Position numbers and translations under genes: made by a program
Source of the DNA: Eledone cirrhosa
Taxonomy: Eukaryota
Direction of reading: 5' to 3'
Assembly: GCA_964016885.1 (NCBI GenBank)
Contig: OZ024741.1
Span: 211,730,001-211,794,000, forward strand
DNA: 64,000 nt
In this document: piece by piece, positions 42,001 to 54,779 of the stretch
Position numbering within the stretch: position 1 is the first letter of the stretch
Layout: each line of letters begins with the position of its first letter
Notes under the pieces: generated by a model
The model's input: only the letters and a program-made list of their open reading frames with translations
What the model was told of the DNA's origin: nothing
The model's database searches: none

Positions 42001-43860
42001 GTTGTTGATGTTGTTATTGTTGTTGATGTTGTCATTGTTGCTGATGTTGTTATTGTTGTTGGTGTTGTCATTGTTGTTGATGATGTTATTGTTGTTGATG
42101 TTGTTATTGTTGTTGATGTTGTCATTGTTGTTGATGTTGTCATTGTTGTTGATGTTGTTATTGTTGTTGATGTTGTTATTGTTGTTGATGTTGTTATTGT
42201 TGTTGATGTTGTCATTGTTGTTGATGTTGTTATTGTTGTTGATGTTGTCATTCTTGTTGATGTTGTCATTGTTGTTGGTGTTGTCATTGTTGTTGATGTT
42301 GTTATTGTTTATGATATTGTAATTGTTGTTGATGTTGTCATTGTTGTTGATGTTGTTATTGTTGTTGATGTTGTTATTGTTGTTGATGTTGTCATTGTTG
42401 TTGATGTTGTCATTGTTGTTGATGTTGTTATTGTTGTTGATGTTGTCATTGTTGTTGATGTTGTTATTGTTGTTGATGTTGTTATTGTTGTTGATGTTGT
42501 CATTGTTGTTGATGTTGTTATTATTGTTGATGTTGTTATTGTTGTTGATGTTGTTATTGTTGTTGATGTTGTTATTGTTGTTGATGTTGTTATTGTGGTT
42601 GATGTTGTTATTGTTGATGTTGTTATTGTTGTTGATGTTGTCATTGTTGTTGATGTTGTTATCGTTGTTGATGTTGTTATTGTTGATGTTGTTATTGTTG
42701 TTGATGTTGTTATTGTTGTTGATGTTGTCATTGTTGTTGATGTTGTCATTGTTGTTGATGTTTTCATTGTTGTTGATGTTGTTATTGTTGTTGATGTTGT
42801 TATTGTTGTTGATGTTGTCATTGTTGTTGGTGTTTTCATTGTTGTCGATGTTGTTATTGTTGTTGATGTTGTTATTGTTGTTGGTGTTGTCATTGTTATT
42901 GATGTTGTTATTTTTGTTGGTGTTGTCATTGTTGTTGATGTTGTTATTGTTGTTGATGTTGTCATTGTTGTTGATGTTGTTATTGTTGTTGATGTTGTTA
43001 TTGTTGGTGATGTTGTTATTGTTGATGTTGTTATTGTTGTTGATGTTGTCATTGTTGTTGATGTTGTTATTTTTGTTGGTGTTGTCATTGTTGTTGATGT
43101 TGTTATTGTTGTTGATGTTGTCATTGTTGTTGATGTTGATATCGTTGTTGATGTTGTTATTGTTGATGTTGTTATTGTTGTTGATGTTGTTATTGTTGTT
43201 GATGTTGTTATTGTTGTTGATGTTGTCATTGTTGTTGATGTTGTCATTGTTGTTGATGTTGTCATTGTTGTTGATGTTGTTATTGTTGTTGATGTTGTCA
43301 TTGTTGTTGATGTTCTCATTGTTGTTGATGTTTTCATTGTTGTTGATGTTGTTATTGTTGTTGATGTTGTTATTGTTGTTGATGTTGTTATTGTTGTTGA
43401 TGTTGTCATTGTTGTTGATGTTGTTATTGTTGTTGATGTTGATATTGTTGTTGATGTTGTTATTGTTGTTGTCATTGTTGTTGATGTTGTCATTGTTGTT
43501 GGTGTTGTCATTGTTGTTGGTGTTGTCATTGTTGTTGATGTTGTTATTGTTGTTGATGTTGTTATTGTTGTTGATGTTGTTATTGTTGTTGGTGTCGTTA
43601 TTGTTGTTGATGTTGTTATTGTTGTTGATGTTGTTATTGTTGTTGATGTTGTCATTGTTGTTGATGTTGTTATTGTTGTTGATGTTGTTATTGTTGTTGA
43701 TGTTGTTATTGTTGTTGATGTTGTTATTGTTGTTGATGTTGTTATTGTTGTTGATGTTGTTATTGTTGATGTTGTTATTGCTGTTGATGTTGTCATTGTT
43801 GTTGATGTTGTTATTGTCGTTGATGTTGTCATTGTTGTTGATGTTGTCATTGTTGTTGAT
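36040..43860 (+). repeat. Near-perfect 3906-bp tandem duplication composed of 2145-bp and 1761-bp subunits
   Basis: ORFs 36258..38381 vs 40164..42287, 36272..37840 vs 40178..41746 and 37841..38416 vs 41747..42322 match at offset 3906. GATATC sites at 37087, 39232, 40993 and 43138 are spaced 2145, 1761 and 2145 bp. TATGATATTGTAATT occurs at ~36259, 38404, 40165 and 42310. Confidence 0.9.
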
Positions 43861-44699
43861 GTTGTTATTGTTGTTGATGTTGTTATTGTTGTTGATGTTG
43901 TCATTGTTGTTGATGTTGTCATTGTTGTTGATGTTGTCATTATTGTTGATGTTGTTATTGTTGTTGATGTTGTTATTGATGTTGATGTTGTCATTGTTGT
44001 TGACGTTTTCATTCTTGTTGATGTTGTTATTGTTGTTGATGTTGTTATTGTTGTTGGTGTTGTCATTGTTGTTGATGTTGTTATTGTTGTTGATGTTGTG
44101 ATTGTTGTTGATGTTGTTATTGTTGTTGATGTTGTCATTGTTATTGATGTTGTTATTGTTGTTGATGTTGTTATTGTTGTTGATGTTGTTATTGTTGTTG
44201 ATGTTGTCATTGTTGTTGATGTTGTTATTGTTGTTGATGTTGTCATTGTTGTTGATGTTGTTATTGTTGTTGGTGTTGTCATTGTTGTTGATGTTGTTAT
44301 TGTTGTTGATGTTGTTATTGTTGTTGATGTTGTCATTGTTGTTGACGTTGTCATTGTTGTTGATGTTGTTATTGTTGTTGATGTTGTCATTGTTGCTGAT
44401 GTTGTTATTGTTGTTGGTGTTGTCATTGTTGTTGATGATGTTATTGTTGTTGATGTTGTTATTGTTGTTGATGTTGTCATTGTTGTTGATGTTGTCATTG
44501 TTGTTGATGTTGTTATTGTTGTTGATGTTGTTATTGTTGTTGATGTTGTTATTGTTGTTGATGTTGTCATTGTTGTTGATGTTGTTATTGTTGTTGATGT
44601 TGTTATTGTTGTTGATGTTGTCATTGTTGTTGATGTTGTTATTTTTGTTGATGTTGTTATTGTTGTTGATGTCGTTATTGTTGTTGATGTTGTTATTGT

Positions 44700-47600
44700 T
44701 ATTCATGTTGTTATTGTGGTTGATGTTGTTATTGTTGATGATGTTGTTATTGTTGTTGATGTTATTATTGTTGTTGATGTTGTCATTGTTGTTGATGTTG
44801 TCATTGTTGTTGATGTTTTCATTGTTGTTGATGTTGTTATTGTTGTTGATGTTGTTATTGTTGTTGATGTTGTCATTGTTGTTGATGTTGTTATTGTTGT
44901 TGATGTTGTTATTGTTGTTGTCATTGTTGTTGATGTTGTCATTGTTGTTGGTGTTGTCATTGTTGCTGGTGTTGTCATTGTTGTTGATGTTGTTATTGTT
45001 GTTGATGTTGTCATTGTTGTTGATGTTGTTCTTGTTGTTGATGTTGTCATTGTTGTTTATGTTGTTATTGTTGATGTTGTTATTGTTGTTGATGTTATCA
45101 TTGTTGTTGATGTTGATATCGTTGTTGATGTTGTTATTGTTGATGTTGTTATTGTTGTTGATGTTGTTATTGTTGTTGATGTTTTTATTGTTGTTGATGT
45201 TGTCATTGTTGTTGATGTTGTCATTGTTGTTGATGTTGTCATTGCTGTTGATGTTGTTATTGTTGTTGATGTTTGCATTGTTGTTGATGTTGTGTTGTTG
45301 ATGTTTTCATTGTTGTTGATGTTGTTATTGTTGTTGATGTTGTTATTGTTGTTGATGTTGTTATTGTTGTTGATGTTGTCATTGTTGTTGATGTTGTTAT
45401 TGTTGTTGATGTTGTTATTGTTGTTGATGTTGTTATTGTTGTTGTCATTGTTGTTGATGTTGTCATTGTTGTTGGTGTTGTCATTGTTGCTGGTGTTGTC
45501 ATTGTTGTTGATGTTGTTATTGTTGTTGATGTTGTCATTGTTGTTGATGTTGTTATTGTTGTTGATTTTGTTATTGTTTTTGATGTTGTTATTGTTGTTG
45601 ATGTTGTTATTGTTGTTGATGTTGTCATTGTTGTTGATGTTGTTATTGGTGTTGATGTTGTTATTGTTGTTGATGTTGTCATTGTTGTTAATGTTGTTAT
45701 TGTTGTTGATGTTGTTATTGTTGTTGATGTTGTTATCGTCGTTGATGTTGTTATAGTTGTTGATGTTGTCATTGTTGTTGGTGTTGTCATCGTTGTTGGT
45801 GTTGTCATTGTTGTTGATGTTGTTATTGTTGTTGATGTTGTCATTGTTGTTGATGTTGTCATTGTTGTTGATGTTGTCATTGTTGTTCATGTTGTCATTA
45901 TTGTTGATGTTGTTATTGTTGTTGATGTTGTTATTGTTGTTGATGTTGTCATTGTTGTTAATGTTGTTATTGTTGTTGATGTTGTTATTGTTGTTGGTGT
46001 TGTCATTGTTGTTGATGTTGTTATTGTTGTTGATGTTGTTATTGTTGTTGATGTTGTTATTGTTGTTGATGTCATTGTTGTTGATGTTGTTATTGTTGTT
46101 GATGTTGTCATTGTTGTTGATGTTGTTATTGTTGTTGGTGTTGTCATTGTTGTTGATGTTGTTATTGTTGTTGATGTTGTTATTGTTGTTGATGTTGTCA
46201 TCGTTGTTGATGTTGTCATTGTTGTTGATGTTGTTATTGTTGTTGATGTTGTCATTGTTGTTGGTGTTGTCATTGTTGTTGGTGTTGTCATTGTTGTTGA
46301 TGTTGTTATTGTTGTTGATGTTGTTATTGTTGTTGATGTTGTTATTGTTGTTGGTGTTGTCATTGTTGTTGATTTTGTTATTGTTGTTGATGTCGTTATT
46401 GTTGTTGATGTTGTTATTGTTGTTGATGTTGTTATTGTTGTTGATGTTGTCATTGTTGTTGATGTTGTTATTGTTGTTGATGTTGTTATTGTTGTTGATG
46501 TTGTTATTGTTGATGTTGTTATTGCTGTTGATGTTGTCATTGTTGTTGATGTTGTTATTGTCGTTGATGTTGTCATTGTTGTTGATGTTGTCATTGTTGT
46601 TGATGTTGTTATTGTTGTTGATGTTGTTATTGTTGTTGATGTTGTCATTGTTGTTGATGTTGTCATTGTTGTTGATGTTGTCATTATTGTTGATGTTGTT
46701 ATTGTTGTTGATGTTGTTATTGATGTTGATGTTGTCATTGTTGTTGATGTTTTCATTCTTGTTGATGTTGTTATTGTTGTTGATGTTGTTATTGTTGTTG
46801 GTGTTGTCATTGTTGTTGATGTTGTTATTGTTGTTGATGTTGTGATTGTTGTTGATGTTGTTATTGTTGTTGATGTTGTCATTGTTATTGATGTTGTTAT
46901 TGTTGTTGATGTTGTTATTGTTGTTGATGTTGTTATTGTTGTTGATGTTGTCATTGTTGTTGATGTTGTTATTGTTGTTGATGTTGTCATTGTTGTTGAT
47001 GTTGTTATTGTTGTTGGTGTTGTCATTGTTGTTGATGTTGTTATTGTTGTTGATGTTGTTATTGTTGTTGATGTTGTCATTGTTGTTGACGTTGTCATTG
47101 TTGTTGATGTTGTTATTGTTGTTGATGTTGTCATTGTTGCTGATGTTGTTATTGTTGTTGGTGTTGTCATTGTTGTTGATGATGTTATTGTTGTTGATGT
47201 TGTTATTGTTGTTGATGTTGTCATTGTTGTTGATGTTGTCATTGTTGTTGATGTTGTTATTGTTGTTGATGTTGTTATTGTTGTTGATGTTGTTATTGTT
47301 GTTGATGTTGTCATTGTTGTTGATGTTGTTATTGTTGTTGATGTTGTTATTGTGGTTGATGTTGTTATTGTTGATGATGTTGTTATTGTTGTTGATGTTA
47401 TTATTGTTGTTGATGTTGTCATTGTTGTTGATGTTGTCATTGTTGTTGATGTTTTCATTGTTGTTGATGTTGTTATTGTTGTTGATGTTGTTATTGTTGT
47501 TGATGTTGTCATTGTTGTTGATGTTGTTATTGTTGTTGATGTTGTTATTGTTGTTGTCATTGTTGTTGATGTTGTCATTGTTGTTGGTGTTGTCATTGTT

Positions 47601-50600
47601 GCTGGTGTTGTCATTGTTGTTGATGTTGTTATTGTTGTTGATGTTGTCATTGTTGTTGATGTTGTTCTTGTTGTTGATGTTGTCATTGTTGTTTATGTTG
47701 TTATTGTTGATGTTGTTATTGTTGTTGATGTTATCATTGTTGTTGATGTTGATATCGTTGTTGATGTTGTTATTGTTGATGTTGTTATTGTTGTTGATGT
47801 TGTTATTGTTGTTGATGTTTTTATTGTTGTTGATGTTGTCATTGTTGTTGATGTTGTCATTGTTGTTGATGTTGTCATTGCTGTTGATGTTGTTATTGTT
47901 GTTGATGTTTGCATTGTTGTTGATGTTGTGTTGTTGATGTTTTCATTGTTGTTGATGTTGTTATTGTTGTTGATGTTGTTATTGTTGTTGATGTTGTTAT
48001 TGTTGTTGATGTTGTCATTGTTGTTGATGTTGTTATTGTTGTTGATGTTGTTATTGTTGTTGATGTTGTTATTGTTGTTGTCATTGTTGTTGATGTTGTC
48101 ATTGTTGTTGGTGTTGTCATTGTTGCTGCTGTTGTCATTGTTGTTGATGTTGTTATTGTTGTTGATGTTGTCATTGTTGTTGATGTTGTTATTGTTGTTG
48201 ATTTTGTTATTGTTTTTGATGTTGTTATTGTTGTTGATGTTGTTATTGTTGTTGATGTTGTCATTGTTGTTGATGTTGTTATTGGTGTTGATGTTGTTAT
48301 TGTTGTTGATGTTGTCATTGTTGTTAATGTTGTTATTGTTGTTGATGTTGTTATTGTTGTTGATGTTGTTATCGTCGTTGATGTTGTTATAGTTGTTGAT
48401 GTTGTCATTGTTGTTGGTGTTGTCATCGTTGTTGGTGTTGTCATTGTTGTTGATGTTGTTATTGTTGTTGATGTTGTCATTGTTGTTGATGTTGTCATTG
48501 TTGTTGATGTTGTCATTGTTGTTCATGTTGTCATTATTGTTGATGTTGTTATTGTTGTTGATGTTGTTATTGTTGTTGATGTTGTCATTGTTGTTAATGT
48601 TGTTATTGTTGTTGATGTTGTTATTGTTGTTGGTGTTGTCATTGTTGTTGATGTTGTTATTGTTGTTGATGTTGTTATTGTTGTTGATGTTGTTATTGTT
48701 GTTGATGTCATTGTTGTTGATGTTGTTATTGTTGTTGATGTTGTCATTGTTGTTGATGTTGTTATTGTTGTTGGTGTTGTCATTGTTGTTGATGTTGTTA
48801 TTGTTGTTGATGTTGTTATTGTTGTTGATGTTGTCATCGTTGTTGATGTTGTCATTGTTGTTGATGTTGTTATTGTTGTTGATGTTGTCATTGTTGTTGA
48901 TGTTGTCATTGTTGTTGATGTTTTCATTGTTGTTGATGTTGTTATTGTTGTTGATGTTGTTATTGTTGTTGATGTTGTTATTGTTGTTGATGTTGTCATT
49001 GTTGTTGATGTTGTTATTGTTGTTGATGTTCTCATTGTTGTTGATGTTTTCATTGTTGTTGATGTTGTTATTGTTGTTGATGTTGTTATTGTTGTTGATG
49101 TTGTTATTGTTGTTGATGTTGTCATTGTTGTTGATGTTCTCATTGTTGTTGATGTTTTCATTGTTGTTGATGTTGTTATTGTTGTTGATGTTGTTATTGT
49201 TGTTGATGTTGTTATTGTTGTTGATGTTGTCATTGTTGTTGATGTTGTTATTGTTGTTGATGTTGATATTGTTGTTGATGTTGTTATTGTTGTTGTCATT
49301 GTTGTTGATGTTGTCATTGTTGTTGGTGTTGTCATTGTTGTTGGTGTTGTCATTGTTGTTGATGTTGTTATTGTTGTTGATGTTGTTATTGTTGTTGATG
49401 TTGTTATTGTTGTTGGTGTTGTCATTGTTGTTGATGTTGTTATTGTTGTTGATGTCGTTATTGTTGTTGATGTTGTTATTGTTGTTGATGTTGTTATTGT
49501 TGTTGATGTTGTCATTGTTGTTGATGTTGTTATTGTTGTTGATGTTGTTATTGTTGTTGATGTTGTTATTGTTGATGTTGTTATTGCTGTTGATGTTGTC
49601 ATTGTTGTTGATGTTGTTATTGTCGTTGATGTTGTCATTGTTGTTGATGTTGTCATTGTTGTTGATGTTGTTATTGTTGTTGATGTTGTTATTGTTGTTG
49701 ATGTTGTCATTGTTGTTGATGTTGTCATTGTTGTTGATGTTGTCATTATTGTTGATGTTGTTATTGTTGTTGATGTTGTTATTGATGTTGATGTTGTCAT
49801 TGTTGTTGATGTTTTCATTCTTGTTGATGTTGTTATTGTTGTTGATGTTGTTATTGTTGTTGGTGTTGTCATTGTTGTTGATGTTGTTATTGTTGTTGAT
49901 GTTGTTATTGTTGTTGATGTTGTTATTGTTGTTGATGTTGTCATTGTTGTTGATGTTGTTATTGTTGTTGATGTTGTTATTGTTGTTGATGTTGTTATTG
50001 TTGTTGATGTTGTCATTGTTGTTGATGTTGTTATTGTTGTTGATGTTGTCATTGTTGTTGATGTTGTTATTGTTGTTGGTGTTGTCATTGTTGTTGATGT
50101 TGTTATTGTTGTTGATGTTGTTATTGTTGTTGATGTTGTCATTGTTGTTGATGTTGTCATTGTTGTTGATGTTGTTATTGTTGTTGATGTTGTCATTGTT
50201 GCTGATGTTGTTATTGTTGTTGGTGTTGTCATTGTTGTTGATGATGTTATTGTTGTTGATGTTGTTATTGTTGTTGATGTTGTCATTGTTGTTGATGTTG
50301 TCATTGTTGTTGATGTTGTTATTGTTGTTGATGTTGTTATTGTTGTTGATGTTGTTATTGTTGTTGATGTTGTCATTGTTGTTGATGTTGTTATTGTTGT
50401 TCATGTTGTTATTGTTGTTGATGTTGTCATTGTTGTTGATGTTGTTATTATTGTTGATGTTGTTATTGTTGTTGATGTTGTTATTGTTATTCATGTTGTT
50501 ATTGTGGTTGATGTTGTTATTGTTGATGATGTTGTTATTGTTGTTGATGTTATTATTGTTGTTGATGTTGTCATTGTTGTTGATGTTGTCATTGTTGTTG

Positions 50601-52100
50601 ATGTTTTCATTGTTGTTGATGTTGTTATTGTTGTTGATGTTGTTATTATTGTTGATGTTGTCATTGTTGTTGATGTTGTTATTGTTGTTGATGTTGTTAT
50701 TGTTGTTGTCATTGTTGTTGATGTTGTCATTGTTGTTGGTGTTGTCATTGTTGCTGGTGTTGTCATTGTTGTTGATGTTGTTATTGTTGTTGATGTTGTC
50801 ATTGTTGTTGATGTTGTTCTTGTTGTTGATGTTGTCATTGTTGTTTATGTTGTTATTGTTGATGTTGTTATTGTTGTTGATGTTATCATTGTTGTTGATG
50901 TTGATATCGTTGTTGATGTTGTTATTGTTGATGTTGTTATTGTTGTTGATGTTGTTATTGTTGTTGATGTTTTTATTGTTGTTGATGTTGTCATTTTTGT
51001 TGATGTTGTCATTGTTGTTGATGTTGTCATTGCTGTTGATGTTGTTATTGTTGTTGATGTTTGCATTGTTGTTGATGTTGTGTTGTTGATGTTTTCATTG
51101 TTGTTGATGTTGTTATTGTTGTTGATGTTGTTATTGTTGTTGATGTTGTTATTGTTGTTGATGTTGTCATTGTTGTTGATGTTGTTATTGTTGTTGATGT
51201 TGTTATTGTTGTTGATGTTGTTATTGTTGTTGTCATTGTTGTTGATGTTGTCATTGTTGTTGGTGTTGTCATTGTTGCTGGTGTTGTCATTGTTGTTGAT
51301 GTTGTTATTGTTGTTGATGTTGTCATTGTTGTTGATGTTGTTATTGTTGTTGATTTTGTTATTGTTGTTGATGTTGTTATTGTTGTTGATGTTGTTATTG
51401 TTGTTGATGTTGTCATTGTTGTTGATGTTGTTATTGGTGTTGATGTTGTTATTGTTGTTGATGTTGTCATTGTTGTTAATGTTGTTATTGTTGTTGATGT
51501 TGTTATTGTTGTTGATGTTGTTATCGTCGTTGATGTTGTTATAGTTGTTGATGTTGTCATTGTTGTTGGTGTTGTCATCGTTGTTGGTGTTGTCATTGTT
51601 GTTGATGTTGTTATTGTTGTTGATGTTGTCATTGTTGTTGATGTTGTCATTGTTGTTGATGTTGTCATTGTTGTTCATGTTGTCATTATTGTTGATGTTG
51701 TTATTGTTGTTGATGTTGTTATTGTTGTTGATGTTGTCATTGTTGTTAATGTTGTTATTGTTGTTGATGTTGTTATTGTTGTTGGTGTTGTCATTGTTGT
51801 TGATGTTGTTATTGTTGTTGATGTTGTTATTGTTGTTGATGTTGTTATTGTTGTTGATGTCATTGTTGTTGATGTTGTTATTGTTGTTGATGTTGTCATT
51901 GTTGTTGATGTTGTTATTGTTGTTGGTGTTGTCATTGTTGTTGATGTTGTTATTGTTGTTGATGTTGTTATTGTTGTTGATGTTGTCATCGTTGTTGATG
52001 TTGTCATTGTTGTTGATGTTGTTATTGTTGTTGATGTTGTCATTGTTGTTGATGTTGTCATTGTTGTTGATGTTTTCATTGTTGTTGATGTTGTTATTGT
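44700..52100 (+). repeat. Three copies of a 2.6-3.2 kb higher-order repeat carrying the private GTTTGC variant
   Basis: GTTTGCATT is at 45271, 47907 and 51059 (spacing 2636 and 3152). Matching 207-aa ORFs start at 45257, 47893 and 51045. Confidence 0.85.
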
Positions 52101-52999
52101 TGTTGATGTTGTTATTGTTGTTGATGTTGTTATTGTTGTTGATGTTGTCATTGTTGTTGATGTTGTTATTGTTGTTGATGTTGATATTGTTGTTGATGTT
52201 GTTATTGTTGTTGTCATTGTTGTTGATGTTGTCATTGTTGTTGGTGTTGTCATTGTTGTTGGTGTTGTCATTGTTGTTGATGTTGTTATTGTTGTTGATG
52301 TTGTCATTGTTGTTGATGTTGTTATTGTTGTTGATTTTGTTATTGTTGTTGATGCTGTTATTGTTGTTGATGTTGTTATAGTTGTTGATGTTGTTATTGT
52401 TGTTGGTGTTGTCATTGTCGTTGATGTTGTTATTGTTGTTGATGTTGTTATTGTTGTTGATGTTGTCATCGTTGTTGATGTTGTCATTGTTGTTGATGTT
52501 GTTATTGTTGTTGATGTTGTCATTGTTGTTGATGTTGTTATTGTTGTTGATGTTGTCATTGTTGTTGATGTTATTGTTGTTGATGTTGCTATTGTTGTTG
52601 TCATTGTTGTTGATGTTGTCATTGTTGTTGGTGTTGTCATCGTTGTTGGTGTTGTCATTGTTGTTGATGTTGTTATTGTTGTTGATGTTGTTATTGTTGT
52701 TGATGTTGTTATTGTTGTTGATGTTGTCATTGTTGTTGATGTTGTCATTGTTGATGATGTTGTCATTGCTGTTGATGTTGTTATTGTTGTTGATGTTGTC
52801 ATTGTTGTTGATGTTGTGTTGTTGATGTTTTCATTGTTGTTGATGTTGTTATTGTTGTTGATGTTGTTATTGTTGTTGATGTTGTTATTGTTGTTGATGC
52901 TGTTATTGTTGTTGATGTTGTTATTGTTGTTGATGTTGTTATTGTTGTTGATGTTGTTATCGTTGTTGATGTTGTTATTGTTGTTGATGTTGTTATTGT

Positions 53000-54745
53000 T
53001 GTTCATGTTGTTATTGTTGATGTTGTTATTGCTGTTGATGTTGTCATTGTTGTTGATGTTGTTATTGTTGTTGATGATGTTATCGTCGTTGATGTTGTTA
53101 TAGTTATTGATGTTGTCATTGTTGTTGATGTTGTTATTGTTGTTGATGTTGTTATCGTTGTTGATGTTGTTATTGTTGTTGATGTTGTTATTGTTGTTGA
53201 TGTTGTTATTGTTGTTGATGTTGTTATTGTTGTTGATGTTGTTATTGTTGTTGATGCTGTTATTGTTGTTGATGTTGTTATAGTTGTTGATGTTGTCATT
53301 GTTGTTGATGTTGTTATAGTTGTTGATGTTGTCATTGTTGTTGATGTTGTTATTGTTGTTGATGTTGTTATTGTTGTTGATGATGTTATCGTCGTTGATG
53401 TTATAATTGTTGATGTTGTCATTGTTGTTGATGTTGTTATTGTTGTTGATGTTGTTATTGTTGTTGATGTTGTCATTGTTGTTAATGTTGTTATTGTTGT
53501 TGATGTTGTTATTGTTGTTGATGTTGTCATTGTTGTTGATGTTGTTATCGTTGTTGATGTTGTTATTGTTGATGTTGTTATTGTTGTTGATGTTGTCATT
53601 GTTGTTGATGTTGTCATTGTTGTTGATGTTGTTATTGTTGTTGATGTTGTTATTGTTGTTGATGTTGTCATTGTTGTTGATGTTGTCATTGTTGTTGATG
53701 TTGTCATTGTTGTTGATGTTGTTATTGTTGTTGATGTTGTTATTGTTGTTGATGTTGTCATTGTTGTTGAAGTTGTCATTGTTGTTGATGTTGTTATTGT
53801 TGTTGATGTTGTTATTGTTGTTGATGTTGTCATTTTTGTTGATGTTGTCATTGTTGTTGATGTTGATATTGTTGTTGATGTTGTTATTGTTGTTGATGTT
53901 GTCATTGTTGTTGATGTTGTCATTGTTGTTGATGTTGTTATTGTTGTTGATGTTGTTATTGTTTATGATGTTGTTATTGTTGTTGATGTTGTCATTGTTG
54001 TTGATGTTGTTATTGTTGTTGATGTTGTTATTGTTGTTTGTCATTGTTGTTGATGTTGTCATTGATGTTGATGTTGTTATTGTTGGTGATGTTGTCATTG
54101 TTGTTGATGTTGTTATTGTTGTTGATATTTTCAATGTTGTTGATGTTGTTATTGATGTTGATGTTGTTATTGTTGTTGGTGTTGTCATTGTTGTTGATGT
54201 TGTTATTGTTGTTGATATTGTTATTGTTGTTGATGTTGTTATTGTTGTTGATGTTGTCATTGTCGTTGATGTTGTTATTGTTGTTGATGTTGTCATTGTT
54301 GTTGATGTTGTTATTGTTGTTGGTGTTGTCATTGTTGTTGATGTTGTCATTGTTGTTGATGTTGTCATTGTTGTTGATGTTGTTATTGTTGTTGGTGTTG
54401 TCATTGTTGTTGATGTTGTTATTGTTGTTGATGTTGTTATTGTTGTTGATGTTGTCATCGTTGTTGATGTTGTCATTGTTGTTGATGTTGTCATTGTTGT
54501 TGATGTTGTTATTGTTGTTGATGTTGTTATTATTGTTGATGTTGTTATTGTTGTTGATGTTGTCATTGTTGTTGATGTTGTTATTGTTGTTGATGTTGTT
54601 ATTGTTGTTGGTGTTGTAATTGTTGTTGATGTTATTATTGTTGTTGATGTTGTTATTGTTGTTGATGTTGTTATTGTTGTTGATGTTGTCATTGTTGTTG
54701 ATGTTGTTATTGTTGTTGATGTTGTTATTATTGTTGATGTTGTCA

Positions 54746-54779
<34 letters not shown>

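Noticed and set aside
36258-44624. Mucin-like Thr/Ser repeat (TTSTTI/TTSTTM) on the minus strand, suggesting a giant mucin or adhesin exon
   Set aside because: This frame is repeatedly interrupted by stops created by CAT/TAT variants and by uncompensated frameshifts that were themselves amplified. No signal peptide, Cys-rich domain or unique exon is present. RNA-seq or proteomic evidence would be needed to revive it.
30004-44706. 4900-aa minus-strand ORF (Asn-rich, switching to Thr-rich), and similar ORFs such as 4111..10731 and 57879..63542
   Set aside because: The codons AAC/AAT/ATC/GAC are at least two substitutions from a stop, so long open frames are expected by default. The ORF changes repeat frame at indel markers and has no unique N- or C-terminal domain.
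36544-45756. 3070-aa VVDVVI hexapeptide ORF resembling a beta-solenoid or amyloid, where the T/C dimorphism is synonymous
   Set aside because: It is stop-free for trivial codon reasons, runs into poly-Leu at a -4 deletion, and other variants are freely non-synonymous. There is no evidence of coding constraint.
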